DNA from: Eledone cirrhosa
Lineage: Eukaryota
Reading direction: 5' to 3'
Length of the DNA: 64,000 nt
Assembly: GCA_964016885.1 (NCBI GenBank)
Contig: OZ024742.1
Coordinates: 330,708,001-330,772,000, forward strand
Part shown: in pieces, positions 27,770 to 41,345 of the stretch
How the letters are laid out: every line of letters starts with the position of its first letter
Numbering within the stretch: position 1 is the first letter of the stretch
The notes under the pieces: generated by a model
What the model saw: the letters and a program-made list of their open reading frames with translations, nothing else
Databases searched by the model: none
Told to the model about the DNA's origin: nothing
Program-made: the position numbers and the translations under genes

Positions 27770-30700
27770 CTACAGGCTGATATAGAGAGAAGGCCCATTC
27801 ACTCGGGCCATTCTCGCCACTTTCACCCACCTTTCATAAAACTTGCTGGGGTACAGCACCTCTCTCTCCATCCTGATTCTTCTTCCAAAGTGGTATTTGA
27901 AAAAAAGAATCAGTTGTTGGCCGGAGAGAAAGGTGTCTGACCTCAGCCTTTTCAACCTTGTCCAAAATACAACCTCTTTCGCCATAGCTATCACACAAAG
28001 CAAACCGCCTCTCCTTCGTTTTTGAAGGAGGGTGGCGGTTTGATCATGACTATGGACTCGGTGGTCAACTGGATTGGTCCCACCCTCGACAATAGTCGTT
28101 CTACATAGCCCCACAGGTCAGTGACGCCCGGGCAGTGTATGAATGCGTGCGCGACGGTTTCTTCGTCTCGCACGCACCTCGGACAGATTTTTTTTGCAGG
28201 GTCCCTGACCGGGCGCCCATGTCTGTAGAGCTTGTCTCGAACTGGTAGAGCTCCTCGGTAGCACTGCCAGGCCAGGAACTTTTGGAAGTTGTCCATCGGT
28301 CCCGGGCGGAAGGTCCTACCGAACAGACTGGCCAGTTCATCTTCCTCTACATCTAGAGTTTCACCGAGCGCGTCGTCGCACTTGCTGCGGACCAACCCTC
28401 TATAGAATGACAAAGTGGAGTCACCACTGATCGCCGGGTCCGCCTGCCAGAGGGATGTGAGCGCCTGAGCACATTCGATGTGCCGGTCGCCCATTTTCCT
28501 CGGTCTTTGCTTGACCCAGGATTGCAGCTCGGTCAGAAGACGAGTCGTGGGAGGCTCGCCTCACGAACGGAGCCCACACCGGTTGTCCGGTGAGTAATAC
28601 GTAGAGATGCCGCAGCCTGAGCGCGTGTTTGCGCATCGTCAACCACGGCATCCCCAGCCCTCCGTTAGAAGGGTGTTGGCAGCAGATGGATCTTCTCACC
28701 AACGGAACCCGCCTCTTCCAAAGGAATCGGAAGAGCGCGCGCTCCATTTTGGCGAGCGTTTTGGCTGGACAAGGCACGACGGTCAAGCGGTAGTAGATGG
28801 CGGACGCTATAAAAGTGTTCGCCACCTCAACTCGAGCTTTCAAGGATAGTTTGCACTCGGCCTACTTCTGGGTGAGTGCAATCACTTTCGCCGTCACTTC
28901 GTTCCAGTTCTTCTCCACCTGGAGGTCCGGACCAAACCTGACCCCGAGCAGCTTTACCGGTCCTTCCGTCCAGCGTCCGACGACGCCATCGGAAGGCATC
29001 GGTCTGCCTCTCCACGATCCGAGTTGCAAACTGATGGACTTGTCCCTGTTCAGCTTCGCTCCTGTGAGACTTTCGTATTCCTTCAGTAAGGTGCCGACTT
29101 CCTCGATTTGCGAGGCGCTCGACACCATTACTGTAACGTCGTCGGCGTAGGCCGACGCCGCTTTCCGCAGTCCCGGTTCCAGAGGGATGCCCTGCAATAG
29201 CTGCAGCTTCCGCAGTAGTGGCTCGAGAGTCAGTACGTACAGAAGGGAGGAGAGAGGGCATCCCTCTCGAATGGATCGCGTAATACGGAACGGCTCCGAG
29301 AGGTAGCCGTTCACCTTGACCCTTGAGCAGATGTTGCTGTTGTGTATTGCAGCAATCCAGCCCCTGAACACGGGTCCGAAGCCTGCCGCCTCGAGCACCG
29401 CATCCAGGTAACGATGGTCAACCCTATCGAAAGCCTTAGACTGATCCAAGTTGATCAGAGCCCCACCGAAGCCGGGCTTACACTCTACCCTCTCTATGAT
29501 GTATCGCATGAGGTGGAGGTTGTCGTGTATGGACCTGGTCGGGATTGCGCATGTCTGCGCTTCTCCCACCAGGTTCTCGATGACAAGCGCCAGCCTCTTT
29601 GCCAACACCTTGGCCAAAATCTGTAACTCTGTGTTTAGCAGAGTTATGGGCCGGAAGTTGCCTATGTCATCCCCCTTATTCTTGTCCTTCCTGATTAGTG
29701 TGACCACGCCCCCGGTTACAGAACTGGGAATTCTCCCGTTCTGTTGCCGGTTGCAGTAGACCGCTTCCAGGAGACCGGAGAATAAGTCCGGCATTGCTAC
29801 GTAAAATTCGTAGGGTAGACCGTCGAGACCTGGAGATTTGCGTTTGCCGCATTGGCTCAGCGCGTCCCCTATCTCAGTGGCTGAAATCGGCTTTTCGCAG
29901 AACTTTGCCCCGCTGTCCGAGAGTCGCGGTAGGCCGTCGAGGTATGGACCGTAATCCATAGCCTCTCCCGGCGCGCCGCTCCCCCCGAACAGCCGAGCAA
30001 AGTGCCGCTGAAAAGCCGCACACATCTGCTTCGGCTCACGTATCACGCGTCCGTTTTGGTCCTTCGACCGAATCGTGGACTTGTTGCGACGTTTGCCTCC
30101 GTCACTCCGGCCCAGCTAACAGCTTTGGTTCCCTCGTTTCCCAGAGCACATATTTTGCTTCTGACAACGCAGCCCTCGTGCTTTGCGTCGAAAAACTGCT
30201 CCAAGGTCGTTATCGTTGCTAGCACGCTGGCTACGTTGCCACTTCTAATTGCCTCTTCTACTTTATCTACCAGTTCCTTCTCGTTTCTATTTCAATCTAA
30301 CGCTAATTCTTTACTAAAAACTATCGAGTCTAACCTAACTGCCCTCTTGAGAGAGTACCACCATCTGTTGTTGACAATGGCCCCTGTCAAGTGCTGTTTA
30401 ACTAAAGTGCTAATCCGTCTACTGTAGGCTTTGCTTGTCGGTAGCGACAAGTTCAGCTTCCAGTAGCCGGGTCCTTGTCTATGGGTTCTATCAAGGTTGG
30501 CCATGCAGGTCACTAGTTTGTGATCTGAATAGGCAACCATGAACATTTGTGGACAGCTTAACATGTCCCTATCCGTATTTCTAACTAGAACCCTATCTAG
30601 GTACGATCTAGATGTTCCGCTACGATTAGTCCACGTCCACAGTGGCACAGTCGGAAAATCTAATCGATATCTATCGGCCAGGTCAAATCGGTCTATTAAC

Positions 30701-31204
30701 TGTTTGAGGCTGTTACACCCCTCTTTATCGGGACATGCTCCACATAGTACAAACGTGCATCTAGGATTCCATTCCAGTCCCCCACTAAAATCAAGGAGCG
30801 GGACGTTCCCAGAAAAGTCTTTAGACGTTTGAAGAAGGCTGGCCGCGGTGTCCCAGATGGGGCATATGCGGCCACCAGCCTGAAGGCTCCACCTTCACTA
30901 CCGTCAACGTCTAGAACCACCAGTCGACCCTCCGGGTTCAGATGTACTGTCTGTGTTACGAGGCCCAGGTGTTTCCGCAGCAAAACGGCAACTCCGCCCC
31001 CACCCCCCACCCCGGTTGACAGAGAGATGCGTAGATCTCAAAGTCATCGAAGATGGGGGCCAGCTGTCGCTCGCCGTGGATCCTGGACCCGCAAATGGCT
31101 ACCACATCCATACTGTGCGACCTGAGGTTGTTTAAGAGTTTGCCATGTTTCCAGGGCATCCCCAGGCCGCGTACGCTCACACATCCAACTCTTATATTGG
31201 CCAT
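27770..31204 (-). pseudogene. Tx1 ORF2 (APE endonuclease, RT, C-terminal Cys/His domain), frameshifted
   Basis: MANIRVGCVSVRGL, ILVGDWN, SYLDR..SDH, GPGYWKLN, SPGLDG, FRPITLLN, DQSKAFDRVDH, GCPLS, AYADD, CPRC..ETVAHAFIHC. Confidence 0.92.
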
Positions 31205-31237
31205 GTTGGTGCTGAAAAGTTAAAAGAGGAAAAGAGA

Positions 31238-33112
31238 TCACTCACCCTTCGCCTCCTGTGGACCAGGCCGCACGATTTCCATGGGGGTGTTGGAGCGGTT
31301 GTCTGGATGGGTGGTGGTTTCCGGTGGGGTGGGGATGCAGATGTTTGGTGGGGTGGGGAGGCATTTGAGAAGGACGCGGTTGAGTGGTTTCACGCAGGAA
31401 TTCCCCACATCCTTCTCAAATGTTTCTGTTAGGGACCTATAAGTTTGTATAGGGACCCTAATCAGTTTTAGGTTCAGTTTTTTGCTATTTTTAATAGAGT
31501 GGGCGAAAGTTTTCCCTTCGGTGAAAACCGAAGGGTCGTTCGTGATGGTCTTCATTAGTGTTTTGTTTTCAGTGTTTATGTAAGTGTAAGTGTAATTTTC
31601 TTGTGTCGTGTTTGTTTTTGTCTGTAGATCTTGTGTGTGCTTTCGTTTTGTTGTAGGTATTTTGTTTTCAGGAGGTGGGGGTTTTGTTTGTGATATTTGT
31701 TGTTGTTTGTATTGGTGGTTGTATGTTTGTGGTAGTGTTTGCTGGTATTTTGCTTTTGTGATGTCTTTTCTTTCTTTTCGAGCGATGGGGGTTCTCCCTC
31801 GTCTTCACTGTGTGATGGCAAGATAGCCTCATCTGTTGTATCGTCTGTGTGATTGGGGAGGGGTATGCCTTGGGGAGCTGTTGTGTCTGTATGTGATTTT
31901 GCAGTGGTTTTAGGTGGAGTGGGGTTGGGTGGGACTGTGTTTGTTGTGGTTATTTTTGTGTGTTGGTGTTGTTGTTGTTGTGGTGGTGTTGGTGGTTGTG
32001 TTGTTTTGATGGGTGTCGGCAGAAGAGCCTTTTTTGGTTCATTAGTTTTGGACAGGAAACCCTCAGGTGACCCCTGCTAAAGCAATGGTAACATGAAGGC
32101 CACCTACCCTCAACCGAAAAGTTTATGTAGGTGAGTCCGTACAGGAGTACACGCTGTGGGATCATAGCTATTCGCTCTGGGCTCATTTGCACCAGAACTT
32201 CTAGTCCCATTGAATACATCTCTGGGGGACTTTCCTACTGACATTATTCTGTCTTCATCAAAATTGATGAAGCCGCACAGTATCCACCATATGTTTACCT
32301 TTGCTGTGACACTTGTGATTCTGATCTTTTGTGTCCTTTTTCCCATGTATGTAGGGAAAAAGGTGTACAGGTCGGATACAATTGGCGACAGAATAATTTT
32401 GGGCCGTAATTGATCCTTCATGAGTACCGAAATACTCCCAAAAAGTTTGCTTCTTTGAATGAATGCAATATCATTCATTGAATTTTTGAAAACCATCAAT
32501 TTCTTTCTGTGACAATTGGACTGGTTTTCGGGTAGAATTGGAAACTGTCCTAAAAACTATCGTTTTGAGAGCAGTTTCCTTGCGAATTTCTACCGGAGAT
32601 TTGATGCTGAATCACCATTTTTTTCGAAGGTGACATATCTGTTAGCGTCCTTTAAAAGTTGTTCAGCATTTGTTATGTCGAGATATATCAATTCTTCTTT
32701 CTTTTGAACTTTCTCTGCAAAGGAGATTTTGGTTTCTCTGTGGAATCCGTATTGGTGGTGTTGTCATTATTGTTGTTATTGTTGTTGTTATTCTTGTTGT
32801 CACCGATGTTGGTATCATCCGTATTTTCCTTGGTGTTGTTGTTGTCTTTGATGCTGGTGTTATTGGCGTTGTCTTTATTTTTTTCTTTGTTGTTGTTATC
32901 ATTGTTGCTTTTATCATCATTATTGGTTTTGCTGTTATTTTTGTTGTCATTGAACTGTTTGTGTCATTTGTGTTGTTTGGATATGAATTCGGTTTTTTAT
33001 TTTCATTTTGTCTTTCCATCTCTATAGTATCTAGTGAAGAAGACGTTGTTGACTGCGAGCTTTGTAGTCTTACCGCCTCTCCACCACCATTATCGTCGGA
33101 CGCAGCGTTCAT
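31238..33112 (-). pseudogene. Tx1 ORF1 (gag-like, zinc knuckle), frameshifted
   Basis: VEGRWPSCYHCFSRGHLRVSCP (CX2CX4HX4C) with low-complexity N/T/K-rich flanks. Confidence 0.75.
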
Positions 33113-33404
33113 AACGTAATCAAAATTTTACAATATTTTTTCAAAGATTCGATGGAGAAAACATTTTTAAATGGATATTCCGCCCCTGTAGGGGGCGAAA
33201 ATGAGTTGACCCACCACCTGAAGGTTCATACGGGTGGTCAAGTTACACAATGATATAACTAAAAACTCACGTTTTTTTCTTACATAAATTAACGGAAACT
33301 TCTCCGCGAAGTGACACACGTCTGATAGAGAGATAGATTCTGATTTACTCGTTTTATTTACAATCCTTTAAAATTTATAATGGTATTATAATGAAATAGT
33401 ATGA

Positions 33405-33490
33405 TATCGTAAGGTTGTGAGTTCGTTTCCTGGACCAGGCGATGCGTTATGTCCTTGAGCAAGACACTTTATTTCACGTTGCTCCTTCTA
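33405..33490 (+). mobile_element. SINE fragment (family S2, B box plus CORE-like segment)
   Basis: GAGTTCGTTTCC..GTCCTTGAGCAAGACACTTTATTTCACGTTGCTCC matches 61420-61485. Confidence 0.6.
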
Positions 33491-33699
33491 CCTGGAGTTG
33501 CGACCGATAGATAGTATTAGCAATTGGAAAGACCAATTCTATCGCTTTATATGTTATTACTGCGAACACTATGCACATTCCAGTACCCAGGTTACGTATG
33601 AACTCCGTGACATCATCCGTTGTATAATTGAATAATAGTTAGAAAGAATCAGAGAAAAAAAAAACGAATGAACAAAAAAATCTCTTTTTTTTTTACTCA

Positions 33700-34230
33700 C
33701 AGCTAATTGAATGCCCTGGTGAAATTCACTCTGAACGGAATCGCCTCACGGCCAATGTCACACGAACGGCATTTCACAAAATGTGTCCAGCCAGTGTCAG
33801 GCAGTATTTAGCGATGGTGTCAGTCAGTAGCCTCAGTTTACCCTTCTTCAGACCTCTGCATTAATAATCCGGTCTCGATAAATTATTTTCAGGATCTTTC
33901 GTAGGCAACTTTCTTGGAAAACTTTGAGCTTCTTTAGAATTGTGGCAGTTATTTTCCAGGTTTCACTACCGTATATGATATTTGTGATTATAATGCTGTT
34001 AAAGAGCCGCAGTATGATAGGCGTGGAGATTATTTACGATGACCAAATGCTTCCCATGGGCTGAAATATTCAGGATTCCTTTCCAATTCTGCAGTTTACA
34101 TCAAGCTCAGTGCGCCTTTCATTGGAGATTATGTTGCCCTAATAGTTGAATTGGTTGATCTCTTCTATTGCCTGTGTTTCAATATGAACTCTTTCATCAA
34201 TTTTCGTGCTAAATTGCGGCAATTTGTTCT
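33700..34230 (-). pseudogene. RTE-clade LINE RT C-terminal fragment
   Basis: IEEINQFNY*GNII..DVNCRIGK..LRLFNSIIITNIIYGSETWKIT..LKVFQESCLRKIL. Confidence 0.8.
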
Positions 34231-34339
34231 GTCAATTGTTTGAAAAATCGGAAATGTGAAACAGAATGTTATTATCAAATATGCCTCTTGTACTATTAGT
34301 TTCCGAAATAGCTACAAGCTCACAAATGGTGAGTAGGGG

Positions 34340-34442
34340 CTCGATAATATCGACACCAGTATTTGGCTGATACTTTATTTTATCGACCTGTGGTGGATAA
34401 AATACAAAGTTGAATTTCGCAGGATTTGAAATCAGAACATAA
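34340..34442 (-). mobile_element. Degenerate S1 SINE fragment
   Basis: TACTTTATTTTATCGACC...GGATTTGAAATCAGA. Confidence 0.5.
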
Positions 34443-35475
34443 ACGTTGCTTTATCAATTGCTGCCATTCCATCACGTCTTAATAGGTTTTCCAAAGTTAT
34501 ATTTAAGATCAGTGAAGTATGAAGACGTGAAAAGCAATTGATTGCATTAAACTGACTCCTATATCTAACTCGTAGTTTAATTCTGAGGGATGAAGGGCAA
34601 ATTTTGCCTCCATCACGATATTTAAACATAACTTAACTAGGTTAAACCAGGGAATAATCTACTTGATTGGTCACTCCACACTTAATTATAATCTCCAGGT
34701 TTACATAGATTCCTATCCTCAGGAGGAATTTGAAATCGCCACAAGACACATAGATGCAAATCTTGTTCGCCATCTCTTCCCGCCTAAAGCGAAAGGTGCC
34801 TCGTCACTCCTTATTACTCACAAAAAGTAGCATTGCTTCAACATAAAACAATTATTATGAAGTATTGGCACTTCGCAGTTCTTTATTACATTCATATAAC
34901 AATATTTCTTTGACTATAAAGAAATCGATTTTGTTTATTATATTATTATATTTATTTTATATATTTGTATTGTTTTTATATGGTTTTTACTATTTTACCA
35001 TTTGCTAGAATTCTTTTAGTTTTTATTTCTGTTTAAATGCATTTCCGCGAAGATGCTAGCAACACACACAATATTCACATCGATCACCATAATGTGATAT
35101 TTCTGTTATTATACTGTGATTATAAAGTGATAAATATGAGAAGGTATGGGCTGAATGGTGACGGTATTCTCTTCACTGAATCTAACAGGAAAATGAAAGA
35201 GTTGATGAAAGACATATAAACGAATAAACAAATCTATAAAATAGAATTGTATTTAACGTTTAAAAGTATCACAGACGCAATCTTAAGAAGTGCAGACGGA
35301 TATGTCTGTAGTTATTTGTATTTTCCTCATACATCCTTAGAGGAAATGAATAAATGATATATCACCTCGTGGATATCAACCCAAATCATAGCCGGCTTAA
35401 TGTCAATGCAAGGAGACAGCATATCCATCCTAATAATAACAATATTAATATTCGTTCTTCGCGAATGGGAAGCAA

Positions 35476-35571
<96 letters not shown>

Positions 35572-35592
35572 AAGAAGAAGAAGAAGAAGAAG
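35476..35592. repeat. (TAA)n followed by (GAA)n microsatellite
   Basis: Direct reading. Confidence 0.95.
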
Positions 35593-36526
35593 ACGCACGT
35601 GGTGGTAGAAGGTCATGAAATCGCTCCCGTAAGTTTTTGATTTTTAACATATTTAAATCAATTGTGAAATAACAATTCTTAGTACAAATGTTGCATAAAC
35701 CACCGAATCAAGTCCCATAAAATTTCAGATCCATATTATATTGTTATATCGCTCAAATATTCAATTTTGTATTATATATTTTGTCTACACTATATAGAAC
35801 AGCCAAACAACAGCAATTTCACTAACACCAGAAACTTGATACACCACCTACCCCATCACACTAAATATAACAGCCAGATAACGGCAATTTCACCACCACC
35901 ACCACCAATCCCAACATCATAATAATAATTACTATTATTATTGTCTCAAGTTTTAACAAAATGTTTAATTCCAATTTTACGGGAATATGTCAACACAATA
36001 TATATTAAACATACGCGACACAAACTCATAGATACTGCATATCACAAAACTCAGTAACGACAACGCCACCGCCGCCACCACTCCATCCATCATTGCTACC
36101 ACTATCCCATCACCGCCGCCACCACTCCTTCATTGCTACCATCACCACTATTCCCCTGTTAACTTGAGAGAGAAAGGGGAAGGTGGCGGTATCACTAGAC
36201 AAGGGAGAGGCTAGCAGAAGATATAAATAGATTGACTTAGTGACCTGGCCACCGGCCAAACGTCAACATCAACAGCTATGGCACTGCTGGCTCACCCCTT
36301 TCCACACCAACAATATAAAAATCCCCAGCACCACCACCGACATAGCCAACAACAATAACAGGCAATTTCAGCAAAAAGTATATTATATTATTGTAAAACA
36401 CTGGGTGATTGCTGACCTTGTGCCTGGAGTGGAGACAATTATTAATAATTTCCTTCTGAAGCCACGCAATGCTCACATTAAGGAACCACTCATGATAATA
36501 ACAATTTAAAAAAAAAACAACAAAAA

Positions 36527-39500
36527 GAAAACCCCGTGACCAAGAAATACCGGGATGGCGGCCGGCGGGGAATAGCCGTGTCTCTAGGGGAGAACGACCC
36601 CTCCAGTCTTGGTTGACACTCGTTCTAGAAGTGGTAACACGAAATGATTACCCCTTGGCGGATAAGGATAAAACGCGACAAAATAAAGTAAATGTCTAAT
36701 GATAAAATCTCATACCGGATCGGCCGTCACCCGGGTAAAAAAGGGCCGCGTCCCTCGGAGAGGAACCAGACTGGGGTCGAAAAATCAGCTAATGGTTCAA
36801 ACCTTCCCATCACTTCGGAGCTGGAGACCTCCCATAACCGGAATACTCCTACTGTTGGCCCTCCATGCTCACCACCAAGAAATCCAAAGAAAAAGAGAGA
36901 AAAATGGTCAAGGGAAGATAATAAAGAAGTCCTTGTGGCTTTCTACACTGCCATGTACTACCCATCAAATACATCGAATACAGAACAGACATATATCAAC
37001 TGGAAAAAGAAACATCCCGAAAACAGAGGCTATATTGACAGTAACAAACTAGCCAATATACGAACAAATATTGTAAGAAAAAAGTTACTAACTGATATAG
37101 AAATTGATCAGATCAAGCTATTAGCGCAAAGTCAGCGAAGGGAAAATGAAACATGTGTCAGGAAAACGAGGTAAATTGTAATACTTCGAATCCCAGGGTT
37201 GGGGCGGAATCACTGGCAACAGAACAAATTAAAGAAAGGATCGAAAAAGTGGAGGGAGTGCATGCTCAAGATGAAACTCCAAATGAAAATAATGAGATCG
37301 TAAATGATAAAGAAATGAATGAGAATGAACTTGCCAACTTGAAGGATGAAATTATGATCGAATGGATGAAAATGAAAGTATCTGACATGGGGCAACGAGA
37401 CACCCTCCCTAAGATCCAGAACTCCAAACAGAACCAAAAGATAATACACAAGACTAACATAATTCTCAAAAACATTATCATCACAAACAAACTAAACATT
37501 ACTGATTTAAATCATCTCTATTATGCATCGGCTAAAGTCACCACTCACTTATGTGGAGTGAAGATGAAAAAACAAAGGAATTACCACTAGAAATCTACTT
37601 GGCAAGAGATCATCAATCGCCAAATAAACCTTCTCCGATCTGACATAGAAATGTTAACAAACTATAAAGTAGGTGAACATGTTAAACAAACTAAACTTAG
37701 AAAATTGAAAAAAAAGTACTGTATAAAATCAACAAGTGACATAGACATGCTGATAGAAATAATCAAGCAAAAAGTGTCGGCCAAAGCTGCTCGTATAAGG
37801 CGCTTTGAAAAACGATCTAGATTCTATAAGGACAATAATATGTTCAAAAACAACCAAAGAAACTTCTACAGAAGAATTGTTAAGTCAACAATAACTGCTA
37901 AATCAATACCACCCAAGGAGGAAGTGCAAAAATTCTGGGAAAAGATCTGGGCCGAAGAAAAAGTTCTTAACATACAAGCCCCATGGATAGACAGACAAAT
38001 GAAAGATACAGCTCACCTTGAGGAACAAATATGGAAAAATATAACAGTTGAACAGTTGCGCTTGGCTCTAAGTAAAACCAGCAAATAGAAATCCCCAGGA
38101 AAAGACAAAATACAAAACTTTTGAATAAATGCCTTCACAGAGTCTCATGAGCTGTTAGCCCAACTTTACAATGAAATAGTTAAGGAGCCAGAAAAGATAC
38201 CATCATGGCTAGTTAACGGCATTACATTCCTGCTACCGAAGAATGATGAGACAAACAATCCCAAAATTACAGACCGATAACTTGCTTGACCACAATGTAT
38301 AACATGTTAACATCAGTACTAACTGAATACACATATGACCACCTGATAACAAATGACCTATTTCCCATTGAGCAGAAAGGGTGTAAACGAGGCTTATATG
38401 GCTGTAAGGATCAGCTTCTGGAGAACAAAATGATACTGGAAGATTGTCTTAATAGACACAAAAATCTATCGATTGCTTGGATAGATAATAAAAAAGCATT
38501 CGATAGTTTGCCACACAGTAGGATTGAAAAATGTTTAGAGATTTTAAAAATATCCCCCGTTGTCAGGAGGTTTTTGTCATTCAGTATGAAGACCGGGAAA
38601 ACGACACTCCTTTTGAATAGTGAAAGAAAATCACGGGAAGCTGGAGAAGATAATATTAATTGTGGAATTTTTCAGGGTGACTCTTTATCACCGCTTTTAT
38701 TCTGCATCGCTCTTATACCATTAAGTAAAATGCTCAATGAAACAAAACATGGATATAAAGTCTATGACAAAACCATTAATCACTTGTTCTACATGGATGA
38801 CCTGAAACTATTTGCAAAAAATGATGAACAATTGCAAGGGCTATTATCCACTGTGGAGCAGTTCAGTGATGACATTAAAATGGAGTTTGGACTAGATAAA
38901 TGCGCCAAAGCAACGTTCACCAGAGGAAAGCTGCTGAGGAGTTCAGACATTAATCTTGATCGGGGGAACGTGATAAGAGAACTTGATCAAGAAAAAACTT
39001 ACAAATATCTAGGTGTTTGTGAAGGAGACGGAACCAAGCACTCGACAATGAGGGAAAGGATAAGGAAGGAATGTTACCGCAGAGTAGGAGCAATCTTAAG
39101 AACGGAATTGAATGCAAGGAATAGGATCGATGCCATAAACACGCTTGCCATACCAGTAGTAACCTACAGTTACAATGCCATCAACTGGTCAAGCACAGAG
39201 ATCCGTAGGCTCGATACAGAAATTCGAAAATTCTTAACCATGCACAGAATGCATCACCCTAAGGCAGAAATGATAGAATATATCTCCCTAGGAAAGAAGG
39301 AGGACGTGGGTTAATCCAGTTAGACATTGCGTTGAAAACTGCAACAATTGGATTATCTACATATCTAAGGGAATCACATGATTGGATGATCAAACTCGTT
39401 TTGAAACACGAAAGCATCAAAAGATCATATTCCATTACAAAAGATGCACAAAGATACAGTAATGGACTAGACATTTCAGACGTCCCATTTACTGCTGAAA

Positions 39501-40481
39501 TGGAAAACACAGAAAAAGCAAAGCAGGTAAAAGTAACTGCAAAGAAAGAACTGCTACAGAAACTGGCTAAGAAATGGCAAGAAAAGCCTCTGTATGGAAA
39601 ATACCCAGAGCGAGCTAACATTCCTGATGTTGACAAAACTTTAACCCATCATTGGTTGGCATCCTCTGGACTGAAATCGGAGACTGGAGGACTGATTATA
39701 TCAGCACAAGATCAGTGTCTACCAACAAAAAATACCAAGCCAACATAATAAAAAATGGATGCAGCCCATTATGCCGTGTATGCAAAAAACAACCAGACAC
39801 CATTGACCATATAATTTCAATGTGCAGTCCTATAGCCCCAACCGAATACCTAAACAGGCATGACAGAGCTGCACAATACATACATTGGATAGTGTGTAAG
39901 CATTTTGACCTTCCCCATCAAAAGAATTGGTGGGAGCATCAACCACCTCCCATACTTGAAAAAGATCACATCTCAATCTTGTGGAACTTTAGCATCCAAA
40001 CAGACCGAAAAATAGATGCAATTAGACCTGATATAATAATGAAGGACTTTAAAAAGAGGGTATGCCTGCTAATTGATATGTCTGTTCCAATAGACAAGAA
40101 TGTATCTATAAAAACATTTGAAAAATTGAGCAAGTATAAGGACCTGGAGATAGAAATTGGAAAAATGTGGAAATTGGGAACTAAAACAATACCAGTGGTT
40201 GTAGGCGCTCTGGTAAGGATACCTAAGGGGTCTAATGATTACTTATCGCAAATCCCAGGAAACCCGCGTATAGGAGAAATACAAAAGATACTACTAATGG
40301 GAACTGCCCATATACTAAGGAAGATTCTGTCAATATAAATACATCACAAGTCTAAACACTAAAGATGCATGTGTGAGTATGTATGTTCTTTCTTGAACGT
40401 GGCGGACCTTGTTGTCTCTTGAGGTCACTGGTTGTGACTTGGTGATAACTCGTATGAACATAAAGCAAGATAAATGCAACT

Positions 40482-40513
<32 letters not shown>
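36527..40513 (+). mobile_element. R4/Dong-type RLE non-LTR retrotransposon, near full-length, decayed, (TAA)n tail
   Basis: Single broken ORF 36692-40338: Myb-like WSREDNKEVL, EQKGC, KKAFDSLPH, GIFQGDSLSPLLF, HLFYMDDLKLF, YKYLG, CRVC..HIISMC, RHD, RPDII..LIDMSVP..KLSKYKDL. Ends in (TAA)n at 40483-40513. Confidence 0.9.
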
Positions 40514-40514
<1 letters not shown>

Positions 40515-41345
40515 TTCTTTGAGAAAACTGAATTCAGAGATCCACAGACATGGAACTGGTTGAAAAGAGGAGACGTTAAAAAGGCTACAGAAGGAATGTT
40601 AATGGGTGCGCAGGAGCAGGCCCTCAAAACGAAGTGGTTGAAACACCACATTTACAAGGAGGAGGCTAGCCCACTGTGCAAGATCTGTGGAGAGAGAGAG
40701 GAGACTGTGGCTCACATTGTATCCGAGTGTACACCTAGCCCAGACTCACTATAAGGGCTGGAGACATGATGTGATGGGCAGGGTGATCCACTGGCACCTA
40801 TGTAAAGTAAACAATTTACCACATTCTGAGAAGTGGTATGAGCATAAGCCAGAGGCGGTGATAGAAAACGATCAGGTGAAGGTGCTGTGGGATTTTAGGA
40901 TACAGACGAACAAGAAACTGGAACACAATAGACCTGACCTGGTGGTTGTGGACAAAGAAAAAAGGTCGTGCCTGATTGTGGATGTGGCCTGCCTATTCGC
41001 CACGAGAGTGCAAGAGAAGGAGAGGGAGAAAATTAACCGATACCAGGACTTAAAGTGGGAGGTAAAAAGGATTTGGAACTGCCATGAAGTCAAAGTGGTC
41101 CCCATTGTCATAGGCGCACTAGGTACTATCTCAAAAAGTTTCCAGGGATGGTTAAGCAAAATTGGCCCCTTCACGCTTTTTGGAACGCTTCAAAAGGCAT
41201 GCTTGCTGGGAACAGCAAGAACCCTCCGATACATCCTGAATATCTGAGGCTGCAGGTAATTGCTTGATATTCATTCCAACGGACTTTCCAGTTAACCAAC
41301 ATCAATGACTGAGATTCAAGGAATAACAACAATGGTGATGATAAT
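40514..41345 (+). mobile_element. Second, 5'-truncated R4/Dong-type element of a different family
   Basis: TWNWLKRG..AQEQAL, CKICGEREETVAHIVSEC, RHD, NRPDLVV..VDVA..KINRYQDL, LLGTARTLR. Followed by a TAA/CAA tract. Confidence 0.88.

Larger units (their letters stand above)
27590..33325 (-). mobile_element. Tx1/L1-clade non-LTR retrotransposon, near full-length, decayed
   Basis: ORF1 with a CCHC knuckle, then ORF2 APE-RT-zf in many frameshifted pieces. Both ends approximate. Confidence 0.9.
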
